A DNA stretch of 51,397 nucleotides from a virus. Its lineage: Duplodnaviria; Caudoviricetes. This document shows, one piece after another, positions 18,406 to 28,897 of this stretch; the first letter of the stretch is position 1, and every line of letters starts with the position of its first letter. Location: the IMG/VR virus record IMGVR_UViG_3300048588_000723, positions 1 through 51,397 of that record. The stretch is one strand, 5' to 3'. The notes beneath the pieces are model-generated. The model did no database searches and was not told the DNA's origin. It saw only the letters and a program-made list of their open reading frames with translations. The position numbers and the translations under genes were made by a program.

Positions 18406-21068
18406 TGAACGATAAAAAAAAATATCAAATTACTGTTGGCGCAACCACACGACAAGTATATCCAATAAACGACAAGGATGTGGTGTATACCTTTGCGCGT
18501 GAAGATGACCATATTTTCTATGGCAAAAAATTAAAAAACAAACTCGTATTTCACAACAACGCAAAAGCAACTATTGATGATTATTCTTTTTTCTACGGTT
18601 ATGAAAGCAACCCTGCCCTGCGTTGTGAAACTTTTTATTTAGAAATATTCAAATTATGTGAAGGAGAATATGTTACTGAATTCAAAGGCAAGTTCTCGTT
18701 AAATGATGGTGATTGGGATTTAGATAAATGTACGTTTGCTGTTAAGCCAGAGCCCAATGATATATACGCCTGCATCAAAGCAAATAAGAAAAACGAAGTG
18801 AACATCCTAGATGTTTTATCAGTTGTTACCACATCTGCTCAATTAGCATACAACTATGAATTTTATTACTGTATCGGAGCAGGTGCGCCTTATGCTGGAG
18901 CGTGTGCGCCTCCGGGTCCGAATGCATCAGAATGGGCGCTTCTTCATCGCTTTCAAAACTATACCTATTATGATGAAGATTGTGTGTTGCAAACAATCAA
19001 TGTAACTATTTATTATCGTGAGTTTGTTGTTACCACTTGTGTTGCAGGAGCTCCCAATTATCCATCAACAGGATCAGGTTGGGCGTTAGAAGATGATAAT
19101 TGTACTTTAAACGGAACAGCTAAATATGTTCGCACACCAACGATTACCTATTCACTTATCTCAAGCAATGAAAACCCCAATGTCGTGTCAAGCAACTGCG
19201 ATGACACTCCGCCACAAAAGACGTGTTTAGAAGTTACAAAAACGGCAACTCCAAACACTGTTACTATTGTAGGTTTTAGTGCTGTTGATATTGCAACACA
19301 AACTACAGGAAAGTATCTTGTTGAAGAAATACCTGGTGCAACTTATACTTGGAGCATTACCGGTTCAGGAAATACTATTGATGCAGGAAACGGTACAAAT
19401 GTGATTGATGTTACTTTTAATAACAGTGGTACTGTATCAGTTGCTATTCTAACTGTTTGTGGAAATACAATTAATGCTTCCCTTCCTTTCGTTGTAACCG
19501 TTGGTGGTACAAACAATGTTGTAAATGGAATAGAACTATCTGGCAGAACCCGTGTTTGTCCTGGAAGCAAAGCTCGTTTTAAATTCAATTACAATCCTGG
19601 AACATCCATGATTGCAACTGTATTGACAGGCACTCCTACTATTGTTGGAAATACAACTATAAGCTCAAGCCCGGATTATGAATTTGAGTTGGAGTTTGGA
19701 AATGATGAGGGAGCTATTCAATTGTCATTTGCACCAAGTGCATCGACATCTGTTGACAATGCTCCTGGAATAACTGTTGTTGTTTCTAGAGCAGCTGCTA
19801 CTCCTACCATAAAAGGATATACGGATGTATGTAATTCCGGGGAGTATTATTATGAGGTACCGGCAATGGATACTGTTACTAACTATGCATGGACAGTGTC
19901 CGGAGGAACAATTACGGCAACAGCAAACCCCAACAGAATTAAAGTAACATGGGATGGAAACAATGGGCCGGAAATAATTACATTAAAAGAAACGATTGGA
20001 TGCGCCTGCTCTCTGATTTTAATAACAGATTATTTGTCCGGTTTGCCTTCATGCCCTCGATTTTGGTTGTGCCCTAAAACAGATACCAATGTAATCTTTG
20101 ATAGAAACAGACCATTTCAGGATGTTTGCGAATATGTTGTAGATGCGCTAGGATGCGGTGTTGACAATGTAGTGTCTGATTTTTTTGATTGGAACGCTAT
20201 TGGAGATGCTCCCGGATATACAGCCGGCATCAACTATGTAACAACAGCTGCAAATAAATTAACTCGTATGACAATCGCTCAGAAGAGCGACATTATCAAT
20301 CCTACATCATCTGGAGCAGCTACAAAAGGCATGATTACTTTTGAAAAACTTGAAAAGATTTGGAGAGAGCTATTTAATGCATATTGGTTTATTGATGCAA
20401 ATGATAATTTACGAATCGAACACATCAGCTATTTTCAAAAAACGGTAGGTTACGATACAACTATTTCTCCGAATGCAATATACAATATTGCAAAAAGAAA
20501 ATACTCTTATGATAAATCAAAAATGCCAAAAGTGGAACGCTTCAAGTTTAGCGAGGCATTACAAACGGATATGGTAGGAGCTGACATTTGGTATGATTCT
20601 ATTTGTGTAGACCAAGACAGTGATAGTAATGTAAAAGAGAGAGGAACAGCAGATTTCCTTACGTGTGATTTGTATAACATTTTCCAAAATCCGGGCGACA
20701 TAAATAAGCAAGGATTTGTTTTGATGGCCAATACATTTGATGGTGTAAATTATCAGGTGGATAGTGAACAGGGTAAAATTTCAAACCTCATCATTCAAAA
20801 TGGACACTTGTCATGGGCTAACCTTCATCACAATTATCATAAATACAATCGAGTGTTGCTGCAAGGTTATATGAATTTGGTAGTTACCAATTTTATAACA
20901 GCCATTAAAGCAAAAAAACAATCTGAGATAGTTATTCAACTATGTTGTGATGAAGAATTTGAGCCAAGCAATTATTTAGTAAAAACAGATTTAGGTGATG
21001 GCATAGTAGATGAAGCAGATTATAGTACACGCTCCAATAGAGTGAGCGCAACCATTTTACACACATAA
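18405..21068 (+). CDS. Tail tip/baseplate protein with inserted PKD/Ig-like domains
   Basis: After the TMP; two TYTWSITG/NYAWTVSGG PKD-like repeats. Confidence 0.6.
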   Translation: MNDKKKYQITVGATTRQVYPINDKDVVYTFAREDDHIFYGKKLKNKLVFHNNAKATIDDYSFFYGYESNPALRCETFYLEIFKLCEGEYVTEFKGKFSLNDGDWDLDKCTFAVKPEPNDIYACIKANKKNEVNILDVLSVVTTSAQLAYNYEFYYCIGAGAPYAGACAPPGPNASEWALLHRFQNYTYYDEDCVLQTINVTIYYREFVVTTCVAGAPNYPSTGSGWALEDDNCTLNGTAKYVRTPTITYSLISSNENPNVVSSNCDDTPPQKTCLEVTKTATPNTVTIVGFSAVDIATQTTGKYLVEEIPGATYTWSITGSGNTIDAGNGTNVIDVTFNNSGTVSVAILTVCGNTINASLPFVVTVGGTNNVVNGIELSGRTRVCPGSKARFKFNYNPGTSMIATVLTGTPTIVGNTTISSSPDYEFELEFGNDEGAIQLSFAPSASTSVDNAPGITVVVSRAAATPTIKGYTDVCNSGEYYYEVPAMDTVTNYAWTVSGGTITATANPNRIKVTWDGNNGPEIITLKETIGCACSLILITDYLSGLPSCPRFWLCPKTDTNVIFDRNRPFQDVCEYVVDALGCGVDNVVSDFFDWNAIGDAPGYTAGINYVTTAANKLTRMTIAQKSDIINPTSSGAATKGMITFEKLEKIWRELFNAYWFIDANDNLRIEHISYFQKTVGYDTTISPNAIYNIAKRKYSYDKSKMPKVERFKFSEALQTDMVGADIWYDSICVDQDSDSNVKERGTADFLTCDLYNIFQNPGDINKQGFVLMANTFDGVNYQVDSEQGKISNLIIQNGHLSWANLHHNYHKYNRVLLQGYMNLVVTNFITAIKAKKQSEIVIQLCCDEEFEPSNYLVKTDLGDGIVDEADYSTRSNRVSATILHT

Positions 21069-21070
21069 CC

Positions 21071-22870
21071 ATGGACATAATTATTACGCCATATAGATGG
21101 TATAACCAATACCACAAACAAAACAGATTTGACAGAGAGTGTTCAAATACCTGTGAATTCAAATTAATCACTCATCGTAGTGCATTGTTACCTTTTCAAT
21201 TTACTCGCTCAGCTAGTCCTTACGCAATTGATAAATGGTTGTTACGTCCAGCATGTAAAGCATATGAGCCAACATTATTAGAAACAAATGAATCAAAATT
21301 TATTTCACCATTTAATTGGAATCAAAATGGTAGTTTTCAATTTGATTGCAGTGTGGCAAAAATTAGTGGGGCTGATAATGATTCACTTGAGTTGGGAGGA
21401 GTTCTTACAATTGGCATTAAATATAGAATTACTTTTTCGTGTACCGATTTGTTGCTTACAACTGGTAGTACTCAATTTCTTTCATTTCATAATGGTGGAG
21501 GCTCAGCAATTGTAAATAATGTTAATGCATTAGGTTTTTACGAAGCTGAATTTACTGCAACTTCAACTGATGTAGAATTTGTTCTTAACAATTCGCAAGT
21601 TTCAGTAAACGATTTTATTGGGATAAAAGATGTACAAATATTTGAAGTATTTAAACAAGAATCATTTGATATTGAGCTAGACAAAAGTTTAATTCAGCTT
21701 AAAAATTTTGGTGTTGTTGATTACTTTGTTTATTGTGGAGCGGAACTTGGTCAAGTATTGCCAGTTGGAGATTATTATTCAATCATTATTGATGACAACC
21801 AAGAGAAGAATTTTTCTGAGATAATAACTGTTCGTGATTTTCTTCCCGAAAAATCACCCTATTATATTTTAAAATGGGAAAACACATGTGATATAAATAA
21901 TGTATTATATCAGGACATTGATTGCGATTATTACAACTTACTATATCTTGATGAAGCAATTTTAACAAAGCCAGAGTATCCATTTAAAGAAGAGGGAGAG
22001 GAAGATGGAAATCAGGATTTTAATGCAACATTTCAAAAGTGGGAAAAACGCGTAGCATTTATTATTGGTAAATGCCCTGAATTCATTGTTGATGCATTAA
22101 CAGCAATACGTTTGCACGAAACAATTTTGCTAACCAGTCCTCTTAGAAAAAAACAATTAGTTGTGGATGATGCTGTATCTATAAAAAGTGTTGATTACGA
22201 AGTGTTGCCTATTTTTAATGATTGTTTTTCTAATGTTCAATTAAATCTTCTTTTACATGATAAGTATATTGACAGCACATGTTGCAATAACAATGAAATA
22301 ACGCCATGTGTAGAATGCGAAAATGCATTTAACTATTATAATGACCTTCCTGAAGACGCAACAGGAGGAGAATTAGCTATACTCATAGGGTATGGTGAAT
22401 ACCCAGATGGTCTTTATCAATACGATGAGGGGGAAGATACTTGGGTTTTTGAAGAAGGAGAAGAAGATACCATTTATTGCATGTCAGTAGATGAAGATGA
22501 TTTAGTATTTATTTATACTGCAGGAGCATTTCAACAATTACCCTCTATTTATAATTGGGGAACTACTAGTTACTGGTTCCTTTCACCAACACCACACTTT
22601 CATATAGAAGGATATGGGTATCCAGGTTCGTATATTCAAATAGAAATATCAGACGATGGAGGAGCATCATGGACTAAATACTCTCCTATTGTTACTGCTG
22701 CCGAATTTGCCTTGCTTGGTGTCGATATCCCATTTATAGATGACGATAATCTAGTTAAGGTGCGTGCTCATAATTTCACATTAAACTGCGATTATGGATA
22801 TTCTGATGTAAAACAAATAAACATGGTAGGTGATTATAACAATGATTACAATGACGATTTTTTCCGATAA
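21071..22870 (+). CDS. Tail structural protein, acidic and Cys-rich
   Basis: Tail-cluster position; C-terminal GDYNNDYNDDFFR. Confidence 0.55.
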   Translation: MDIIITPYRWYNQYHKQNRFDRECSNTCEFKLITHRSALLPFQFTRSASPYAIDKWLLRPACKAYEPTLLETNESKFISPFNWNQNGSFQFDCSVAKISGADNDSLELGGVLTIGIKYRITFSCTDLLLTTGSTQFLSFHNGGGSAIVNNVNALGFYEAEFTATSTDVEFVLNNSQVSVNDFIGIKDVQIFEVFKQESFDIELDKSLIQLKNFGVVDYFVYCGAELGQVLPVGDYYSIIIDDNQEKNFSEIITVRDFLPEKSPYYILKWENTCDINNVLYQDIDCDYYNLLYLDEAILTKPEYPFKEEGEEDGNQDFNATFQKWEKRVAFIIGKCPEFIVDALTAIRLHETILLTSPLRKKQLVVDDAVSIKSVDYEVLPIFNDCFSNVQLNLLLHDKYIDSTCCNNNEITPCVECENAFNYYNDLPEDATGGELAILIGYGEYPDGLYQYDEGEDTWVFEEGEEDTIYCMSVDEDDLVFIYTAGAFQQLPSIYNWGTTSYWFLSPTPHFHIEGYGYPGSYIQIEISDDGGASWTKYSPIVTAAEFALLGVDIPFIDDDNLVKVRAHNFTLNCDYGYSDVKQINMVGDYNNDYNDDFFR

Positions 22871-22968
22871 TTAAATTGTGACAATTGGTCGTTGAAGTTA
22901 AATGTTGTTTTCTTGTGCTTTGTATAAAATTATAAACATATAAAATTATAAACTAAAAATTATACAAA

Positions 22969-23556
22969 ATGGCATCAACCTGTGAAGATATAGTATGTTC
23001 TACGTCATGCGCGGCAGAACTTCCAGCAACATCATTCTCCATTTGTGCTCCAAACACAAATTTTGGTCAAATCGCAAAAATTTACATTGCTAATGATGGA
23101 TATCCTTTAACGGATGAAAATGATTTAGCAGAATGGCAAGCTCGAGCAGCACTAGCTCAATCTGATCCTGCTCGAATCATGGAGTTGTCAGTAATTGGCG
23201 ACCATCCATTGCCGGCAGCAAATGAAATTCCTTTAAGCCGAGGAAGAATTACTAATGGTGCAAAAGACCGCGTTATCAATTTAACAATTGACGAAACTAA
23301 CCAAACGAATTACGAAATGATGCGTGCTTTTGAGTGCGGAAAAACTGTTCGTGCTTGGTATGAAACATATGGTGGATTGTTATATGGAGGAACAGAAGGT
23401 ATTTTGGGCTCTATAACTTTAGGTGAAGTTATCACCGCAAACACAACAGAGTTAATTACATTCCAAGGGACATTCAAATGGAAGTCCAAATTTTCACCTT
23501 GTCGTACAGAATCGCCAATGGCAGGTATCGACTTGGTTGAAGAAGCCGGTAGTTAA
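22969..23556 (+). CDS. Probable major tail tube protein
   Basis: 195 aa beta-rich protein with FGQIAKIY motif, own upstream intergenic region and a downstream terminator; inferred. Confidence 0.55.
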   Translation: MASTCEDIVCSTSCAAELPATSFSICAPNTNFGQIAKIYIANDGYPLTDENDLAEWQARAALAQSDPARIMELSVIGDHPLPAANEIPLSRGRITNGAKDRVINLTIDETNQTNYEMMRAFECGKTVRAWYETYGGLLYGGTEGILGSITLGEVITANTTELITFQGTFKWKSKFSPCRTESPMAGIDLVEEAGS

Positions 23557-23584
23557 TTAGTATTCACTTTTAAAATTTCAAACA

Positions 23585-23824
23585 ATGCCAGAAGATTTTA
23601 TCACTTGTGAGAATGCTCAATTAACCCCTGAGCAAATCCTTGCAGCTTTAGTAACTAAAGATGCATCGGGAAACTGGGCGTTACGTACCATGAATGTAAC
23701 AGCATGTGCAGATGATGCAATAGGTTGTAATAACAACCAATTAACTCCAGTAGACATTTTGAAAAAATGTATTGGAATAAATGAATGCGGAAAACCTGCA
23801 ATTCGTTTAGCAATAGAAGCATAA
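23585..23824 (+). CDS. Small Cys-containing protein with internal duplication
   Basis: Two ~32-aa modules. Confidence 0.65.
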   Translation: MPEDFITCENAQLTPEQILAALVTKDASGNWALRTMNVTACADDAIGCNNNQLTPVDILKKCIGINECGKPAIRLAIEA

Positions 23825-23825
23825 T

Positions 23826-23853
23826 AAAAAAGCGGAGGGCAACTTCCGCTTTT
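23826..23853 (+). terminator. Rho-independent terminator
   Basis: AAAAGCGGAGG-GCAA-CTTCCGCTTTT. Confidence 0.85.
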
Positions 23854-23879
23854 AGTTTTAATCTTTTAAAAAAAATCCA

Positions 23880-24083
23880 ATGGCAGTAGATTTTGATCCA
23901 GCAGAATGCGAGTTATTCATTGACGCTTGTACTAAAAAGTATTCTACAGAAGACCTTTTCAGATTTGTTATTGGTGTAGATGAGAGTGGATGTCCCTATG
24001 TTAAAACAAACGGACCCACAGCTGCTCAGGTAGTTGCTTTAACAGAAGCTATCAATGCATTAGCAGCTGCAATAAATCCATAA
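23880..24083 (+). CDS. Small protein paralogous to the 23585-23824 module
   Basis: FIDAC...STEDLFRFVIGVDESGCPYVKT. Confidence 0.6.
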   Translation: MAVDFDPAECELFIDACTKKYSTEDLFRFVIGVDESGCPYVKTNGPTAAQVVALTEAINALAAAINP

Positions 24084-24086
24084 AAC

Positions 24087-24689
24087 ATGATTATTGAAAT
24101 AGGCAATATTATTATTGATAAAATTAGCACACTCCCATTTTTAGATAAATATACTGGAGTGGTAAAACCTATTTCCTTTAACGATGAAAAAGGAGCAAAG
24201 AAAATATTTCCGGTTGCTTGTAATTTAACATTAGAGCAATGCTTAAATGGAAAAAATCATGAGGATTTATGCCCTGACAATTCTAAAAAAAGCGTTTTGT
24301 ATCTCGAAGATAAATCAATGCCATTTATAAAACGTGAAGGCGACTTGTTTTTTTTTCAAGCAAATTACGATTTAATCTGTTGGCTAAACATACCAAAATT
24401 AGGATTAAAACAATGTTCTGTAAGCGCAAAAGCATTTATGTCAATTCTAAACGAATTGCCTTCTACACCATTTAATAGTGGTGTTTATCAAAGAATAATG
24501 ATAAATGTGTTAGGCCAGGAGCCTAAAAGTAAAAACCCATTTTTGAAATACACATATGATATAGAAACACATCAGTTGTTAATGTATCCATATGATTATT
24601 TTATCATGCCACTACAGGTTGCTTTTGCAGTAAATAAAAGATGTATAAACGAATTAATATTGGCAGACCCAATATCATGTGCTAATTAA
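24087..24689 (+). CDS. Possible tail terminator/completion protein
   Basis: Size and position in the structural cluster only. Confidence 0.4.
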   Translation: MIIEIGNIIIDKISTLPFLDKYTGVVKPISFNDEKGAKKIFPVACNLTLEQCLNGKNHEDLCPDNSKKSVLYLEDKSMPFIKREGDLFFFQANYDLICWLNIPKLGLKQCSVSAKAFMSILNELPSTPFNSGVYQRIMINVLGQEPKSKNPFLKYTYDIETHQLLMYPYDYFIMPLQVAFAVNKRCINELILADPISCAN

Positions 24690-24701
24690 AAGGAGGGAAA
24701 G

Positions 24702-26330
24702 ATGTCAGTAAAAACAAAAATTCAGCTTAAAGCAGATACCGATTCATTTATTACCACAAACAATAATCAAGAGATTACTGGTTTAATTGATAATGGACTT
24801 CGTACAGATATAATTGATTCAATGGCTCAGGTAAATCCAGCTGTTAATTATTATGCAGTTAATATTTTAGGCGAATTTGGAGATGGTCACTTGTCGCAAG
24901 ATGCAACCGACTTATTGGTTGATACTGGATCTAGAATGTTATTTTCTTCAGGTTATGGTATTGACACCAAAGTAACGGGTGGAACTGATATATTGTATGT
25001 TGGAAATAGTAATGCTGATTTAGTTGTTATTGGTAGAGTTGGTGGACAGGTTCAAATATTGGGTGATGTTACAAAATATGATGCCACTAATGCAGAAATA
25101 AAAGATTCGTTAATTACTTTAAATAAAGGTGGTGGAGCAGGTACCGGGTCTGCTGTTGGTTTTGAAATTGAAGAAAACTCAACTATTACCGGATATTTTA
25201 AAACGAATGCAGCAAGGAATGGTTATTTAATGCTCTCCCCTGCTGTGGCTTATTATGCTGAATTTTTGCATTCATCATTGAGTGCAAACAGAAGCTATAC
25301 AATGCCTAATGCAAGTGGAACATTGGCTTTAACGAGTGATATTACCAACTATACTTTTTCAACCGGGTTAACCAATACTGCAAATACAATTACAAATGAT
25401 GTGTTAACTGGGAAAGCAGGAGGACAAACATGGGTTGGAGGAACAGCAGCGGGTGAATATATTATATTAAGCTCAACGTCACACGCAACAAAGGGAAGCA
25501 TTTTATTTGGGACTTCTTATTATAGTGAATTATCAAACAAATTGATTTTGATTTCCGCAACAGAACAATTTCGTTCAGGATATGATGGCACAACTAATTA
25601 TTGGAGCGCTACTACAAATAGTACAGGCGTAACTACATTTAAGGGAGCAGGTTCTTCCGGAGGTTTTAAATTTACAAATAATGCGGATGCGCAGTCGTTA
25701 GTAGTTGCGTCAGATGGCAGTGTTTATAATTGGGGAGCTGGGGCAGTCAGCTCTAATACTGTTTATGGAAATTTAGCATGGGGAACAAATACAACAGGAT
25801 TTCAATCCACAATATATGGCTATCGTGCTGCGAATGTAAATTCAACAGGTGGATACATTACAGCATTTGGTTACGATGCTTTGCGTTTTTCAACGCAGGA
25901 CGGAAATGCAGCTTTTGGACATAATGCTTTGGGGGCTTTAGCGACAGGAACATACAACACATCAGTTGGGACTTTTTCTATGCAAGGTAGAACTGGCGGA
26001 GGGTATAATACTTCTTCTGGGATTGGTTCAGGCGGCATTGATACTACAGCAATAGACAGAAGCGTTTTTTATGGTGCTTATGCCGGAGCGCACGAATCAA
26101 CATCGTATAAATTATATATTGATTCAATTAACAGGGGGTCACAAGTTTTAGGAAGAAATGAATCGTTGATTTATGGTAAAATTGATGCTTCAGTTGCTAA
26201 TCAATTTTTAGTTTTAAACGGTGCATTGTATTTACAAAATTCGGTTTCAGACACAAACTATTATAAAGGGGTTTTGGTTTCAGGCGTATTAACATGGACT
26301 GATACAGGAAGTACAAACGCACCATCATAA
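24702..26330 (+). CDS. Tail fibre/receptor-binding protein
   Basis: N-terminal anchor ITTNNNQEITG, Gly/Thr-rich body and NxAxG beta-roll repeats. Confidence 0.75.
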   Translation: MSVKTKIQLKADTDSFITTNNNQEITGLIDNGLRTDIIDSMAQVNPAVNYYAVNILGEFGDGHLSQDATDLLVDTGSRMLFSSGYGIDTKVTGGTDILYVGNSNADLVVIGRVGGQVQILGDVTKYDATNAEIKDSLITLNKGGGAGTGSAVGFEIEENSTITGYFKTNAARNGYLMLSPAVAYYAEFLHSSLSANRSYTMPNASGTLALTSDITNYTFSTGLTNTANTITNDVLTGKAGGQTWVGGTAAGEYIILSSTSHATKGSILFGTSYYSELSNKLILISATEQFRSGYDGTTNYWSATTNSTGVTTFKGAGSSGGFKFTNNADAQSLVVASDGSVYNWGAGAVSSNTVYGNLAWGTNTTGFQSTIYGYRAANVNSTGGYITAFGYDALRFSTQDGNAAFGHNALGALATGTYNTSVGTFSMQGRTGGGYNTSSGIGSGGIDTTAIDRSVFYGAYAGAHESTSYKLYIDSINRGSQVLGRNESLIYGKIDASVANQFLVLNGALYLQNSVSDTNYYKGVLVSGVLTWTDTGSTNAPS

Positions 26331-26342
26331 ATAATAATAAAA

Positions 26343-26801
26343 ATGGAAGATAATTTAGTGAAATTTAACAGCGACCGCAAATTTATTGATTTGCCTAATC
26401 ATCCTTACTTGCCAAACGTAACACGTAAAGCAAAGGTGCATGAAACGAATCCGAACTATCACAACAAATTTGTGGAGTTGGTAGTAGATGTATTTCATTA
26501 CAACGAAGATGGAGTATTGATTGAAAGTATGAGTGGCGCAAAAGGCCGTTGCATATTAATGGCTGATAACAACGATATTGTAAGTACTCAAACCGGAGAT
26601 GAAATTCCTAAGGATGCCAAAGGAAGTTATATCACACAAACTATTAATGGCGTATTAACTTATCCTGCAAATTCGGCTCGCAACTTTGATTACTTGTGGT
26701 ATTTAGTAAACATTGCTAAAGTTATGACAATGGAGGAAGCTGAAGACTTATACATCACAAAAAGAGTAGAAAAAATTAATTTAAAACTATACGGACAATA
26801 A
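26343..26801 (+). CDS. Hypothetical protein (possible fibre chaperone)
   Basis: Directly follows the tail fibre gene. Confidence 0.5.
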   Translation: MEDNLVKFNSDRKFIDLPNHPYLPNVTRKAKVHETNPNYHNKFVELVVDVFHYNEDGVLIESMSGAKGRCILMADNNDIVSTQTGDEIPKDAKGSYITQTINGVLTYPANSARNFDYLWYLVNIAKVMTMEEAEDLYITKRVEKINLKLYGQ

Positions 26802-27340
26802 TGAAAGCGATGAAAACCCAAGCGGAAGAAATTACATTTAAAAAGCTAGTTGATGTAATTGAAATGACAAATACTATTTCAACACTTAAAAAAGATCCTT
26901 TAACATTTGGTGTGTTAACCCTTCGTGATAATTTGGAAGGTCCACTAAAAAAGTATCAAAAAAAGGTGCAGGAAATTAAAAGAGAAACTACTGCTTTGGA
27001 TGAAGACGGATGCTATTATGTTACCGAAATTTACACCAATCCGAAAACAGGCCAAAGAGCAGGTGGTGAACCTGATTACAATAAAATGACTCCTGAATCG
27101 GACAGAAGACGCGAATCGTTAATGGACGCTTTGTTGAAAGAAAAAGTAATGATAGAGCCTGTTTGTGTAATAGACCATTCTCGCTTAAAAAAATTACCAT
27201 TGAAGTATTTAAAAGAATTAAATGGCATTTTGTTTCAAGTAACGGAAGAACAAATCATGCAATATTTTTCAGAATCGGAAACTGTTGAGAAAAAAGAAGT
27301 AGAAACTAAAACAGATGATGCAAATGGGGCTACTGCTTAA
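26801..27340 (+). CDS. Hypothetical protein
   Basis: ORF track. Confidence 0.6.
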   Translation: MKAMKTQAEEITFKKLVDVIEMTNTISTLKKDPLTFGVLTLRDNLEGPLKKYQKKVQEIKRETTALDEDGCYYVTEIYTNPKTGQRAGGEPDYNKMTPESDRRRESLMDALLKEKVMIEPVCVIDHSRLKKLPLKYLKELNGILFQVTEEQIMQYFSESETVEKKEVETKTDDANGATA

Positions 27341-27920
27341 TATTATTGCATCCATTTTAAAATGGATTTTTCAGCCTATTTGTTGGGCTGTTGGAGCAAT
27401 TGTTTCTATTCGTAAAAGGGAGTTTTTTCAATGGAATGAAGATATTGCCTACACGAAAGATGTGTACGGTAATGTGCTAATGAAATATGTTGCAAATTAT
27501 GTTTTGATTAAAAAAGAAAGTCAGCATAAGTTTGGAAATAAAAAACAAACTATTTCTGCTGTAATAGGCCTAAACAAACATAACTACACATTAGCATATT
27601 GGGGCATGGTGATAGATGGAGTGCTTGAGTTTTTTGATCCGGGACATTCGCTAGCTGCTGCCGGAGTGCTTCGCTTTAAAGTTGTTATTGATAAAGAATG
27701 GTATAAAACAAAAGTTGGTTGGCTGTATGTTTCAATGGCACAAGTTGTTTTATTTGGCATTATTTATCAGTTTCCTTCTATGGATTGGGCTTTTTATCCT
27801 ATGGTTGCAGGCTATATTTATCCTGTTGCGCTGGGTGTTGTATTAATAGCTTACGCTTTTATAATTAATCCGATTAATCATTTAAATGAAAAGTACAGAA
27901 ATGAGTCACGAAAAATTTGA
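27315..27920 (+). CDS. Membrane protein
   Basis: FGNKKQTISAVIG motif with N- and C-terminal hydrophobic helices. Confidence 0.6.
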   Translation: MMQMGLLLNIIASILKWIFQPICWAVGAIVSIRKREFFQWNEDIAYTKDVYGNVLMKYVANYVLIKKESQHKFGNKKQTISAVIGLNKHNYTLAYWGMVIDGVLEFFDPGHSLAAAGVLRFKVVIDKEWYKTKVGWLYVSMAQVVLFGIIYQFPSMDWAFYPMVAGYIYPVALGVVLIAYAFIINPINHLNEKYRNESRKI

Positions 27921-28107
27921 TCAGCTATTAACATCTATTTTAACTGTAGTAGGTGTTTCAACAGGCACAGCAGGCTTGTGGCTTGCACAAGTTGATTTGA
28001 TAATGGCTGTTTGTTTAAAATTTATAAGCATATTGGCTACTTTGCTAGTTATTGCTGTTAATTGGGAAAAAGGCAGCAAACAATTTAAAGATTGGTTTAA
28101 AAGATGA
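27901..28107 (+). CDS. Holin-like membrane protein
   Basis: Two hydrophobic segments and a basic C-terminus, just before the endolysin. Confidence 0.55.
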   Translation: MSHEKFDQLLTSILTVVGVSTGTAGLWLAQVDLIMAVCLKFISILATLLVIAVNWEKGSKQFKDWFKR

Positions 28108-28598
28108 AAATATCAGAAAATTTTGATTTGAGAGAATTTGTGCCAAAAAGCACATTTCAAAAGTATGGAGCCAATGCACGTTGGTTTGTGAGGTTGCTTA
28201 TTGTAACTATTGCTGAATTTTACAAAGAGTTTTTTACCAATTATTATAAATTAAAATATCCTGGTAAAGTGAGCCATGTTGTGATTACAATTAACAACTG
28301 GCATGTTGGCGGCACAAAACAATACAGCGGTTATCGGCCGCCTGAATATACTGAAGGTGCAAAAGAATCGCAACACAGGTTAGCAAATGCTTTTGATTGT
28401 GAAATAACCATTGTTTTTTTGGATGGTACCAGGCAGGAAGTGGATTATGTGGAAGTGCATAAAGTCATTAAAGAAAATGAAGCACTTTTTTTGTCAAAAG
28501 GAGTTACAACGGTCGAAGATGTAAGCATTGCTAAAGGATGGCTGCATACCGATTGCCGTTGGACAGGATTATCAATTATTTTAATTGTGAAGCCATGA
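28104..28598 (+). CDS. Endolysin, peptidase M15-like
   Basis: ISENFDLREF, SGYRP, SQH...AFD and WLHTD zinc-ligand pattern. Confidence 0.8.
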   Translation: MKISENFDLREFVPKSTFQKYGANARWFVRLLIVTIAEFYKEFFTNYYKLKYPGKVSHVVITINNWHVGGTKQYSGYRPPEYTEGAKESQHRLANAFDCEITIVFLDGTRQEVDYVEVHKVIKENEALFLSKGVTTVEDVSIAKGWLHTDCRWTGLSIILIVKP

Positions 28599-28897
28599 CA
28601 AATAATCAAAATTGGTTGCAAAATAATGTAGCTGCTTTAATAGCGCTATTGTTTACAGGGTTTACCCTGTTTATTTATGTTTTGGTTTTAACAAAGGTTA
28701 TATCAGCAACAGAAAACATTGCATTCCTAATCATCAATAGCGTTACAAATATTATGATGATTATAGTTGGTTATTTCTTTGGTTCAAGCGCTGGAAGTAA
28801 AGCAAAACAGCTGTCGCTTGATAAAATCAATGATAACACTGTTTCATATACCAATTCAATAAAAACAGAAACAAATAAAGAAGATAAAGCCCAATGA
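28595..28897 (+). CDS. Holin-like membrane protein
   Basis: Two TM helices and GYFFGSSAGSKAK motif. Confidence 0.7.
   Translation: MTNNQNWLQNNVAALIALLFTGFTLFIYVLVLTKVISATENIAFLIINSVTNIMMIIVGYFFGSSAGSKAKQLSLDKINDNTVSYTNSIKTETNKEDKAQ

Noticed and set aside
22923-22968. TATAAAATTATAAAC tandem repeat before the tail tube gene
   Set aside because: Low-complexity AT-rich leader; no evidence of a specific function.
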